Assembly: GCA_043228905.1 (NCBI GenBank)
Contig: JBHGNT010000012.1
Location: forward strand, 1,550,001 to 1,614,000
DNA length: 64,000 bases
From: Azolla caroliniana
Taxonomy: Eukaryota; Plantae; Polypodiophyta
Direction: 5' to 3'
Part shown: in pieces, positions 51,401 to 64,000 of the stretch
How positions within the stretch are numbered: the stretch's first letter is position 1
How the letters are laid out: each line of letters begins with the position of its first letter
Notes under the pieces: generated by a model
What the model was told of the DNA's origin: nothing
Database searches by the model: none
The model's input: only the letters and a program-made list of their open reading frames with translations
Program-made: the position numbers and the translations under genes

Positions 51401-54400
51401 TGGGTAGAGCAGAATGGCTGCTGTTTAGTTGGACAGGCAAGCTTTCAGAAGGGGTTCACAACTTTGGATCACATATTCACCCTCCGGGCCCTTATTGAGG
51501 AGGGCAGATCCCACAATAAGAGGATTTATTGCTGCTTTGTGGATTTCCGAAAAGCCTTTGACACTGTGACTCTATGACAAGAAAAGTGTGGTCTTCCAAG
51601 GGCTTGTTAGAGGCGATGGCTAGCACAATTGGAGTGAAGCAAGGATGCCCACTATCCCCCACTCTCTTTGGTCTCTATATAGATGAGGTATCACATTACA
51701 TAGAGAGATTGGGGAGTTCTGGAGCACGCCTAGTAGGTATAGCTATACAAATATTACTATATGCTGATGATATTGTGCTGACTTCTGACTCTCCGGAGGG
51801 ACAACAAAGACATCTAAATGCCTTAAAACTATTTTGTATGGACAAAGGTTTGTCAATCAACATGGAGTAGAAACATGGGGACTGAGTCTTAACAAGGCAA
51901 ATCATTGGAAAGATTTAGAGAGACCTTTAGTGTCAATGATTGCTCGCATGATAAGGAGCAAAGCATCAGTGCCCCACGATATAATCCGGGCAGAGACGGA
52001 AGCAACACCTATAATAACCGAGGCATTGTTCTGATCAATGACATTTATCCAACGTTTTTGGGAGCTCTGTAAACGAAGGTACCCAAGGTTGGCACTTATG
52101 TCATCAAGACAACTGGCTGAAAATGGAGACACTCATTGTTGGCATTCTGAAATGCAGCAATGGTTCGAGTCACATGCACTACCCCCGTTCCAATATAGCT
52201 TGGACTGTCCCCATCTAAATATGACCAAAGTAGAAAAGAACAGAGTGATCCGAACTGATATTATTAACTTGGAAAACAAGATAACATGGATCAGCCCCAA
52301 AATATCACTTGGTACAAAGATGGCCCACTATAAGACACACTTCTTACATACATTGGAGGATGGATTTGTCATCAGGCCACCTTAAATGGACATACATCTA
52401 TCCTATGCGCTGCGTAGTGTGATAGGGCGGCTGCGAACTTCATCACATTAGCTACAAATTGAGGTAAGGTAGGCAGATATACACGACTACCTCTAGAAGA
52501 GAGAATTTGCCAATTGTGTCATCAAGGAGTGGAATCTGAGGAACACTATGTTTGTCATTGTAGTGTCTTTTATCAAATCAGAGGGAGATACCATTGCCTC
52601 TTTAAACAAGGCTTTGGCCCACTACGCAAGGTAATGGAATATGAGGACCAATGATGCCTAGGACTTTTCTTGCTAGAGCTCAAGAGACATCGAGAAAAGT
52701 TGTTGAAGAATATAGCCACACAAACTCATCCACAAAGAACAATCACAATTTTCTTTAGCCCCATCACTCCTACTTAATGCTACAAGTCAATCACAGGATA
52801 CACAAATTGGCTCTAGACTAGGACTTAACAAAGGGGTTACAATTGATCGGGAAATAGCAATTTGCCGTGCACGTAGGCCCCAGCGCCCCAGCCCCATGGA
52901 CCACGACCTCGACACCCTTGTCATCGACAGATAAAAGCCATTATCTCCCGCCATCGTAGGTGCTTCCCTCGCTTCGGAGACATTTCCATTCTGGATCGAC
53001 CTATGCTAGAGATCTTTCGAAGCCAAACGCTACAATATACCTAACTTGAGAATCTCACATGTGCCAAAAACCACATTCCCTCGTTTCTTCTCTTCTCATC
53101 TTATTTACTTTTATATTTACTGTGTAATATTTATTTTATTTTGATTTGTTCTCAAAGACGAGACAACACTTAAGATGTAATCTCGTTAATATCTCTCTCT
53201 CTCTCTCTCTCTCTACAAAACACTACAAATGTACCACAAATAAATGGTGCCATTGCTATATGGGTAGTAGGACATATTGAATCATCACTAGGCAAAACGA
53301 AGTCCATCGAGGAAAGAATTTCAACTTGCCCCAATTAACAAAATTACCACATCAATAATCCCTTCAACTTTTGTACATACACTCTAACTCCATGCACATA
53401 TCCCATAATGATGGAATCCCCAAGATCTCAAAATGAAGAAAATGATCGTCTCTAATCACTGGTTGAGGTAAGTGATATTTGCAACACCCATCGTCTTGGT
53501 ATCAAATACCCAAATTTTGACAAGAAACCAGACATTCCATGAAGTGATGAATCCTATCTTCCATTAGAACAATGCAAAGGTCAATAAACCCATAATTGGG
53601 CAGGATGTGTAATAATCATTGTGTTTCAACAAAATCAAAAACCTTTCACAAGAGGAACAGTCTCTAGGATCTCCAAGCTTCAAAAGTGTGTTGCATTGTC
53701 TACTACAGAAGCAGAGTATGTGGCTGCCACTGAGGCATGTGAGCAGGTTTTATGGATTTCATGTCGGTTGGGAGATCTTGGCATTATAGAGTTGCGTGTT
53801 CTTCATTGTTACAATCAGAGTGCTCTTATGCTGGCACAGAATTCTATCTTTCATGCAAAGATGAAGCACATACAAGTGAAGTATCACTTCATCAGTGAAA
53901 CACATGCATATAGGTGATAACCCAGCAGATCTTCTCACAAAGAGTCTTCCAGCAGAGCAGTTTGCTCATTTTCAACAAATGCTGGGAGTTAGATAGATAT
54001 ATGTATTTCAGCTTTGCACATACGGAGACTTAGTTGATCCTTTCTCCTCTCGAAGCAAGTTGCCTTTAGGTGGGAGGTTGTTGAGTATAAAGGGCCACCA
54101 TACCTTTTATTAGTGCACAAGTGTGAACACACCCTTGCCACACTTTAACCTTCATATGTATATATAAACCTAAAGAGAAGACACCGAAAAGAAGGAACTA
54201 TTGAGCATCTCTCTATCTCTGCCTCTGCTTCTGCAGCTGTCTCACTCAATGTCTGTATGTGTGTCTGGTTCAGAGGTGCCATTAATCTGCTCTCAGCTCC
54301 CTTCAGTTCAAAGTCCATTGTATGCATTAACCTTGAAACAAAGGATCACTTAGCACGATCATAAACTTTCGCCAAATTTAATTGCACCATAATCAACTCA

Positions 54401-56844
54401 TGATGAGTAAATCAGCTATAATCCATGGCCATTTGAACATCAAGCACATCCTTGTTAAGCCCCTGTTGGACGTTGTATGGTGAAAATTATATTGGGCTAT
54501 GTGTATCAACTTTGGCAAATAATTTTGTAATCTATTTGCCAAGACCTTTGTAAATACCACAAGATCAGTTCATTGTTACACAAGATAATGCACTATATTT
54601 TCCTTGGCACATAATGAATATCTTGTTAGATTCAAATTGTGTGCAATTTGCAACTATTTGAAGAATATTTAATTTAGAAATATGATACAAGTTCAACCCC
54701 TTACCTGACATGTTCAGTTCTACCATTTGCATCTGTGATACACCAATGCCTACTTAACACCTGTACAGGTCTAGCACAAGTGTTACTAATGCGGACTCTA
54801 TAGGCAAAAAAGTATTGTCCTTTCAAGGGCTGGCTGCGTTCACTGATGTAAATGCTCCTCACTTCCACTCGAATTCCCTGCTATCACAAATTATTTATAT
54901 GACTTTTTACCTTTCCTATATAATAATACACATTTCTTTTACATACCTTACACAATTCAAGGTGATAAATTGATTAAAAATTAAGCTAATAAATCATGAT
55001 TGTAGTAAGAATTGAACAAAGGAAAGAAAAAGTTACATGTGTAATAGTATCGCTGTAACAACGTGGATCAGAAACACATTTCGGTAACATGTCCTCTAAC
55101 TGCTTACGATACTCCGTGGCATCCTGAACTATGGCCAGTCAGCACTTTTCATAAATAAAATAAAGTTACATACACACACAGTTTGAATCTACATAATGTA
55201 TATATCAAATCTAAATAAATGAGGTACTTTGTGGCATTCTAAAAATTGACAAGCCAATGGTCTCCATAAGGAAAAAAAGAACAGCATATATAAAGTAATA
55301 ATCTATACCTACTTATATACAAAGTAGTAGTCTAATATATATATATATATGATTCAAACCTAAGCAATTTTGGTACTTTGTGACATCTTGAACTTTAGTC
55401 ACTCAGCACAAAAATGATGAAGAAAAGATTAACATAGATACATACTTCAAAACGCTCCTCTTCCACAGCTTTATTGATCAGTGTTTGTAGCTTTAACACT
55501 GGATCTTGCTCCAAGAGTGCATTGATGGTATCACGCGTAGATGCAGCGTTGGCATAATCCTGAAGAAAAACAAATCACAGTAAGGCACATTAATAGAGTA
55601 TATTTTATACCAGAAATTCTCCCACAAACTCGAAACTGAATGAGTTCCATTCCTCAAATGTAAATATATGCCGAACATCAATGGTACAAACAAATGTGAG
55701 AAGAACAAGATGTCCATATGTGATCTTTGATTGCCTGAAATCTTATTCTCTGTGTTACAACAAGATAGCCATTGACTAGGCATAGTACAAGCTTTCTACA
55801 TTCATTTTACCTCCTTAAAAGCAAAACTTTCATATAATAATGATAATAACTGATCTTTAAATACTTGAATCAAAAAAATTCTATGCTGGAAAATTCAAGT
55901 GTACAAAAAATATCTGAATTGGTCACAACAAAAATGAATCAAGATGGCAATTTGTCAGCCACAAAAGCATTCATATACCTTGTAGCACTACCACCTTTAC
56001 TTGCCAAAAGAATAAGTAAAACAAAAACGTAACACACATATGGACATTGAAAGGTAACATAGCAGCATTATCGTCCTCCCAATGTGTATGCATATAGGAA
56101 AAAAAGTCTGGATTTAACACATGAAAAGACGATACGTACATGAAAGAAGATAGTGTATGAACGCGAGGAAGAACATTAGAGTACATGAAAGAAGATAGGT
56201 GTATGAACGCGAGGAAGAACATTAGAGTTAAGATGTGCGTATGGATATGAAAAATGGGATGAGATTGCGCATGAACATGCTGAGGAAGCTCAACTTCGAT
56301 ATGAAGAAGTAGAAGAAGATAAGACTCAACACATGCATAAGTAGATGATGAAACAAGATCAAATTTAGCATATGCCTATGGAAATGAAGAAGAAGAGGAT
56401 GATAATGATGAGACTTAAGATATACGTATAGATCGGGAGAATCATTGTAATACATGCATATGGACATGAGAGATAAAGGTTATTCTAACACAAAACATAT
56501 ATAATTGAAGCATAAGAAGAAAAACAAATGCATATAACAAAAATAAGTAAATAAATGGCAATAACGTATCTGACCTCTTGTGCGATTGCCATCTCCATTT
56601 GCCTGTGGAGTTGTTGGAGCATCTCTTCTGCAAAAGAGGAGGCGCTGTTGAGCCTTGGCTTCCCAGAGGAGCTGGCCGAAATCCTAGAGCTTCCAGTAGG
56701 CGGCAGGTGAAGAGACAGGCTTCTGCTGCTGGGGAGGATCGGAGGGCAAAGGGAGGGGGAAGAAAGGAGTTTCCAGGGCGCTCTGGTTCTTGCATCAGGC
56801 TGAGGGCGAGAGGAATGACTGAGGAATCGAAGGGAAGCAGCCAT
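48421..56844 (-). CDS. Plastid-targeted UVR (UvrB/C motif) + ApaG domain protein. Exons 56844-56575, 55559-55446, 55123-55037, 54877-54705, 48977-48881, 48537-48421
   Basis: In-frame GT-AG exons: [29 protein letters not shown] (two UVR motifs), [82 protein letters not shown] (ApaG). Alternative ATG at 56862. Confidence 0.9.
49560..50720 (+). mobile_element. LINE 3' fragment with (CTAT)n tail at ~50379-50393, followed by a partial duplicate (50395-50720 of ~49919-50240)
   Basis: C-terminal [13 protein letters not shown]..Zn-finger-like remnants; visible duplication. Confidence 0.65.
50720..53213 (+). mobile_element. 5'-truncated LINE (RTE-like) with RT and C-terminal Cys/His motif, ending in (TC)n; lies in ApaG intron 4, antisense to the gene
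   Basis: [61 protein letters not shown]. Confidence 0.9.
53640..54330 (+). mobile_element. Copia 3' remnant: RNase H, PPT (~54068-54078) and LTR start
   Basis: [42 protein letters not shown]; AGGTGGGAGG followed by TGTTGAG. Confidence 0.8.
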
Positions 56845-56927
56845 TTGCGTTGCTTCCCACATGAAATCAGTCAGAAGCTTTCTCTTCAGCTCCACATTTG
56901 ATATAGTTCCGACTCTGTGTGTGTGTT

Positions 56928-57020
56928 TAGAAAACCGGTTCGGTTCAAGCTTGAAAACACTCAAACTGGTTAAGGCTTAACCGGTTTAAAACCGGTTAAG
57001 CTGAAACCGAACCATAGCTG
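56928..57020. mobile_element. AACCGG/CCGGTT-rich MITE-like palindromic remnant in the ApaG promoter
   Basis: aaaaccggttcggttcaa..ttaaccggtttaaaaccggttaa..aaccgaacc. Confidence 0.4.
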
Positions 57021-58191
57021 ATTCCTACCACTAGGGTAAAACCTTACCCAATGTAGACTAGAAGGTCATGGGTTTAGCCCCTACATTTTATAGTGGCATC
57101 TAGTAAATTAAGAGAATATGTATGTGCAGGGTAATAAAGAGGTGAGATAATTGGGTTTTGAACCTAAGACATAGTGTTAATAGTGTAACGACTTATCACT
57201 AGGGTAAAATGAGAGAGAATATTTGTTGGCATCAAAGTTGTTGGCAATCTCAAGGATATTATTACATTGAGATGGAAAAGAATGTCTAAACTCACATTTG
57301 AATTGAATGGCAAGGTTAGGCTTGGTCTCACAATTCAATCAAACAACAAGGATGGGCTTGGTAATTGTGGAATATGTTATCTTAAAATCACATAGGAATA
57401 TAATGGCCTTTCAAACACTCCGAAATAAATTTCACACATCACAAGGATATGGCATATTTGCCAATCAATATTGGCATTGCCTTGTCTAGTCTTCCTTGCC
57501 CTAGGGTTGGTGGTTGAGGAACCATGGAAAGATTGGTGTTTTGGTACTGAAAAATCAATATTATTTGTGGTGCACACTAATGATGTGTGCCATAAGTTGG
57601 TTAAGGATAGAGCTTGGTTAGCAAATAAGGTTTTGGATACCTAGCACATTACTTTGACGTGTAAAATGGTGACATGTGTGGCATTCTTGCTTATTACACA
57701 TGAATAAATATGTACACCCTCACTTGTTCAATAGGTCAAAGGATGTATTGATCCATCATGAACCTTTACCTTTTGTTTGAATTGACAAGTCAAATCTTAC
57801 ATTCTTGCTTGAGCTTATTAGGCCAAACAATTCTATCTCAATTCGCAAGATTGTCTAGCAAAGACTAGAAGATCGTGTGCTCAACCTAGAAAATCTATAG
57901 TGGCATCGAGTAAATCAGAACATGAAGTAAGATTTGAACCAAAGTTCATAAGTTAATTTAAACTTGGTAATAGGCCTAATACAAGAAAAAAAAAGAAAGG
58001 TGATGATATATTGATGTCCATGGACAAACATGACATGATGGGAGGTGGTGAGGAAAACACAGCAAATTGGTTTCATACATTACCTACATATAAACAAAAG
58101 AATAATGCATTCACTTAAGGATAATCACCTACACGTAGATATTGCCATTATAATTAAATAAAACAAACGGGTGACAATTTCACCCAAAAAC

Positions 58192-61100
58192 TCAACAAGT
58201 AGACCAATCAGAGTCATATCCATGACACACTGAAGGGTTAGGAATATCGAGTTTTTTTGGTGAATGTGATATCATTTCATTCGTTGAAGAGACAAGAACA
58301 TTGGAATTTCTTGGTGAATGGGATTTCATTTCTTTCGTAGAAGGGTTAGGAGCATCAGATTTCCTTGGTGAATGTGATTTAGTTTCTTTAAACGGCCCCT
58401 GAGATTGATTTTCCTCCTCGTTTTCACAAGCCTTGGTGAAGCCATGCACGTTTCTTAGATCCATAATGGTTGAGGTTAGTGCAGGATTTGTATTGACTTT
58501 TACTCTGTTACCATACAATCCCATCACTCTATCTCTACATGAGCTTTTACCATCATTGTCTTGGACATCATATGATGAATGAGTTGCATCATTCTTCGGT
58601 TCATGTTTGAAATGTCTTCCATCTTGAATTTGTTTACTGACGAGGTCAAACATATTTAAAAATTGTTGTAAGGTCTTAAACAAATCAAGTTGTCGCTGTG
58701 GCTGGTCATCACCATTCTCTCCAAAATATTCACATACATTTTTGAGCTTCATTAGGCTTGTATCCAGAAGCTCTTTGAGCTCAACAACATTACAGAAGCA
58801 TTCCTCGTAGAATGGAACCAATGAGTCAAGAAACCGAGAACGGAACACCGACAGGTCAGTGACATCATCTCTTGCAAAGTCTATTTCCTGATTTGTTAGT
58901 TTTAACCCAACTTCCAACTCTTGGATACTTGCAATAATATTTTCAAGCTTCAAATTGGATGCAGTTTTTATAGTTTTCAGCTCATCTCTAAGGTAGAGAA
59001 TCTGCATCATAAAGAGTATATTATATACATACACTTGTGAAAAGAAAAGAAAGGCAAACAGTCCACATGAACGCAGCTTCAAACAACTCTAGGAAAATTT
59101 TTCCATTTGAAAGACTAGTTTTGAAGATTAAAACAACTGCACAAAAAGTGATGACAAAAGAAAAAAAATCAAAGAAATTAAAAGAAAACCCAATTGCGAA
59201 AAGAACAAAGAAAAACAAACAAGCATGCATCTGAACAAAGAAGTATACTGAAGTAAGTTATTGGTTTAAAACTTTGCAAAATTATGAATGTGTGCAAAGG
59301 AGGACGCAAAAAGAATCAAAATCAATGTACAGAACATTTCATACCTGCCCATCCACCTTCAGAAGCTCTGCTACAACAAAATGCAGAAGTGACATCTGCT
59401 TATTAGATCCTTTAACTTCCACCAGTTTTAGTAATGAATCTAACTTGAAGCCTTTTGCATCTCCTTTACTAGTATCACCATTCAGGTAGTTTCCAACCGC
59501 CAAAACTGCCTCTAGAATCTTAACAAACTTCCTACTACCTTTAAGCTCGTCACAACCATACTGTAACTGCAGTAGCTCTTTCTTTACCTGGAAATGAAAG
59601 AGATATAGAAGAATGAATGCAAGTAAATGTATTTTCTCTCAAAGGCAGCAACTCATTGCCGGAAATAGTTCTAGTCTACATTGGTACTCAATGTTGTCAA
59701 CATATTTCTTGGCAAGCCCTTAATAAAGCCTACACTAAACTCATTATTCCAAAGCTTAAGGAAATGCAGTCACTCTACTTTATTTTGCACCAATCTAAAG
59801 AAAATTACATTAAAAGAAATCATGACATACTTGGTTGATGGAATTGCTGCTTTGAGTCATGAAGTGAAGAACTCGTATTCGTTTCTCCACCCGTGGGATA
59901 AGCATAATCTCCAAGTAATATCTATTAGTAAGACGAAATTGACAGCACAGAAAACAAATTATGTCATGCAAACATTATTGCACTAATGATTTTAAAAGAA
60001 GTAAAAGTTTCAGTTTCAAGATTCACCCCTTCTCCAAGTGCCAAGTTAAATATTCGCCCTTTTCGAAGGGCCCATCCCAATGCTAACTATCACAGAATTG
60101 CACCTGCCTGAAAACTGATAAGGTCAAATCCTTTTTCACTACTGATATAGATTGAATGTGTTCTGTTTTACCATTCTTGTCATTTGCATCATCTATTGAT
60201 TATCTACAGATTTCACTAACATATAACCTTCTTCACTTAGGCCTTCCTAAAATCCTAACTCTGCACAGTTCAACTTCTCAAACTAATATGCACTATAAAC
60301 CAGTGTGGATGCATAACACCAAGGGAATATTTGAAGAGTTGTAATTTCCACCAGCTGCAAGTAAAGCTTGCCATCTTTTATTAATTTCCTGGAAGAAACA
60401 GTGTGTGTATCCCACGGCCACTGCAGGGTGGCCATGAGCTCATGCCAAATCGCCAGCAATACATGTGTAATAGACTCAGCATTCTGGCAAAGGGCATGGA
60501 CTCCTCCAGATACACCATAACATGATGGTGGAAATGATAGATAATATATTATAACATGAATCATCATTTTATATTGTAAGAGGGCAACATATCCATGCTG
60601 CCTCAAGAATATCTTGAAGCTATCAACATCAAGGCCGGGGAGGCTGTAAGGAATCCCCCTAATCAGATAGGTGAACATCTGGCCTATGCTACTAGTACAA
60701 GTTCCTATCAAAGAAAACCAAGCCTATGTAGTCATTGAAAGTCTTTGTGTTGAGTTTCATGCTGAATAGTATACCATGGAACAGCACTAACAGGATCTTT
60801 TCACGAAGGCCTCGCAACATGTGGTGTACAACATCATGCCTAGTGGAACCTGGTTGACCACCGCCACTCTTATCCAGCAAGGACACATTAGCAGTGATGA
60901 ACAAGTTTTTGATTTGATTTTACATACAATCGGAAGATTTAGTGATTAAAAACATTGAAATGACTAGAAAATCTAGTAATTTAAGCAGAATACCTATTCA
61001 CCAAAAAGAAGCTTTTACTTACACAATTTTAATGAATACAAGAGGCCATGTGTTATTAATTTATAAGGTTCTCACTTTTCTACTTCAGCCAATTGCTGTG

Positions 61101-64000
61101 GATCACCATTGAATTCTTTCAGCAGACATATATCCTCCTTTGTCGGCAAAGTACGCATGAGTACATGAAGTGTCTCACTTGTCAAAACTCGTTGATCAAT
61201 TTCATTCAATGCTTTGCAAAGATCAGAGAAGGGTCTACGCAAGCTGGACAATTGAATGCTTACATTATGTGCTCTCTTTGTGTCAATAACATGAATGCCT
61301 TGAGGTCTCTTCTTCATTAATATGGTCTGATACAAATTTGAAAGAATCTCCAATAGTTTATTTATATACATATATAGATAAATAAATACAGAAGAAAATA
61401 TATACAAAAGTATATTTAAATATATATGTATATATCATTCCAAAACGTTAATGTTAAGTGTGAATGTGTCATGTCCATACAAATATATTCAGGTTGGATA
61501 ACATAGCCAGATAGTAAGGGACAGCAATGCAGTAGTCCTTATTAACAAAAGGGGGACAATGTAGGTGATTCTGGATAGACAATGTTCACCATATCATCCA
61601 GCAAAAGTCCATTAAAAGACTGGTATAAAAGTATGACCATTGAATGACTGCTATACGATTCTGTAGTCTAGTAAATGGGAAGTTGTTGAAATGTATGTCA
61701 TTTTGGTTGTAAATGTAGCAAGAGAAAATCTACCATGTATTAGCTTGTATGCAAAATTTCAACAATTCCATTGCGATAATATTGATAGATGGTCATTGGT
61801 AATTAATTCAACCAAGAAAAAATAATAACAGCCCACCAAATATGAGTATCCACTTTATAAGTACAAATTACAATGTTCTCAAAAGCACAGCTTGATCTAG
61901 TCAAACCAATTTTCATAAAGGTATTATTGTAGGAGGACAACAATTAAGGCTTCATGGCAGCAATTACTGAACGTATGTATTTCTCTTAGGACTCCTTACT
62001 CTTCATGTGTTCAACACTTGGTTGTCTCATGGCAAAAAGTGCTCTGCTCCATCTCAAAGGATTTTGAAGTTTGTTGGAGCATGGAAATTATTACACATCC
62101 CCCCCAATTATGGGGTTAGCTAGCAACAACTACAAAAATATATTGCATTGATGCAAGGTCCTTTACCTTTACAAACAGAAGAGCAACCATGGATTAATTG
62201 GTGTTTATTGGGTAAGACAACATTTTTACAAGTCACTACTAATATCTTGCATCATTGCTCCATTGAGTCTCTTCGATGGCTATCATCTAAGGCTGAACAA
62301 GAATGGAAAATAAATAACTTTGATCATGGATGGTGGCAGATCTTAAAACATAATTAATATTCTAAATTGTCACTTGTAGCAAAGGTCTTCATTTGGAGAG
62401 TTTTGATTTTGGGATTAACTCTAAAGCAACATGGACTAGCAACAAACTTGGAGACTATGTATTTGTTGTTCAAACTTCTAGACACAATAATAGGCCTGGC
62501 TTACTAAATAGAAGTTACAAGTGAAAGTATTTTTGTACTCCCAGCGTAATATAAAATAAGACTGCCATAACTAGGTCTCAACAATCATATATGAATTAGC
62601 CATCTCTTGGTTGAAAAGTCAAGATCTTCTTAAGTATTGTTTGATTTATTGTCGACATGTCAATATCAAACCTCAAGACAATAATAGGTCTAGCCTCCTG
62701 AATAGAGGGTTCAAGTGAAAGAATTTTTCTATTCATCGTGAAAAGACTGGCATGTAATGTAAAATAAGGGTGCCATAGCTAGGACTGAACAGTCATAAAT
62801 GAATCCTTTGTCTTTGGTTGAAAAGCCAAGACCCTCCTAAGTATTGTTTGGTTTACTATTCACATGTCAGTACCAAAATCGATTCAATTTAAAGTGGGAT
62901 TGAAGCTGAGCTCTTCTACCTTTCCAGCTTCTGCATTTGGAGTTGAGGTGTTTGCAGAAAATAGCATTTCAAGCTGTTTGAAATCCATGCAGCTATTCGC
63001 TGACTCAACAGCTGCTTCCTTCCAAACCGTTTTCTGTGTTAATGGCACACTTATCTTGCTCCAACTCAGCTGCTTCATTTTAGCTTTTTTAGCATCTGCT
63101 GGATTCTCTTCCAGATTGGCATCTGATTCCTTTATACTGTCATTCCTCTTTGGCATTGCATGAGGTGGAGCTCGTGGCGGTGGTGTTATTGGTGACTTCA
63201 AGACAGCTTTTAATGGTAATGGTGGTGGTGGTGGCGGCGGCGGCGGTACTCGTGGCGGTGGTGGAGGTGGTGGAGGAGGTGGTGGTGTGCATAGATATGT
63301 CGAAGGCGGTGGAGGTGGAGGTGAATGAGAGGAGACACAAGCATTGCTAGGCTGCAAGTTAGCAGTAGGTGTACTCTGCAGTAGTAAGGGATGTAAATGT
63401 GGATCTGATAAAAGCTGTGCTGTAGGTGGAGAAGTGACAAGGGGAACAGTTTGCACTATCAACGATTTGACGGGCGGTGACGGTGAAAGGGGAGGTGATG
63501 GCAATGTTAGTGGCAATGGGCATATTGGTGTTTGTAAAGATTGATTCCCATGACCTTTCTGTTGAGCTTCACCATGTGATGCAGCTGAACCACCATTTTT
63601 GCCACTATCTATGCTGGTAAAAACAGAATATTTTTTATCAAGCAAAAGAATCCTCCTTTTACATAATATATTCCTGATATTTTTCTTTAGTCTAAGATTA
63701 AATGTAGGTCCACTTTTCAAATTGTTCTTGCAATTCTGGTTCAAGTATCTCCTTTCATTTTCCAATGACAGGAACTTGTGAATATCTGCATTGAAAATCT
63801 TACGGTGCAATGGAATTATATTCATATGCTCCATGTCAGATGATGACAAGCCAACTGTCCTTTCATCCCTCATCAACCTAATGTTCAGGTAGCTCTGGGT
63901 GGAGATCACTTTATTTTTAAGATGAGAATTAGAGCTCTTTAAACTTCGTATAATCTGTGTATTTGGAGTGTTTTCAGAACCTGCATTCTCACTGCATCTG
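58192..64000 (-). CDS. Formin (FH1 polyproline + FH2), 5' end beyond the window. Exons >64000-62920, 61326-61076, 59921-59831, 59587-59345, 59001-58192
   Basis: Poly-Pro FH1; KMKQLSWSKI..TVW..LEMLFS; IDTKRAHNVSIQL; IPRVEKRI; ILEAVLAVGNYLNG...AKGFKLDSLLKL...SLLHFVV; CEYFGE. Frame open to the window edge. Confidence 0.9.
62479..62858. repeat. Diverged direct duplication (~175 bp, period ~197) in a formin intron
   Basis: agac.aataatagg.ct.gc...caagtgaaag.atttt...ttggttgaaaag.caaga...aagtattgtttg occurs twice. Confidence 0.7.

Noticed and set aside
57025-57210. tRNA-derived SINE-like fragments
   Set aside because: Only a vague B-box resemblance; cannot be supported.

Overview
Eukaryotic land-plant genomic DNA with spliceosomal introns. 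A fern or other non-angiosperm source is my inference only. Six protein-coding genes could be reconstructed by hand: thylakoid FKBP16-3-like PPIase (+, 7 exons, last intron 8.8 kb and TE-filled), an 865-aa CDF-like Dof transcription factor with internal peptide repeats (+), RRP1/Nop52 (+), complex I subunit NDUFA1/MWFE (-, with its first coding exon region triplicated), a UVR+ApaG-domain protein (-), and the 3' part of a formin (-). Introns and intergenic space hold Copia, Gypsy and LINE remnants. The most striking observation concerns two divergent members of one Gypsy-type LTR family (11.2 kb and 33.8 kb). Where a polypurine tract should lie, both carry a conserved 40-nt tRNA-Arg 3'-end mimic. 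It is complementary to the PBS of the 33-37 kb element and contains an inserted hairpin with compensatory base changes. This suggests a non-canonical priming or replication mechanism. All alignments were done by eye and no database searches were run.
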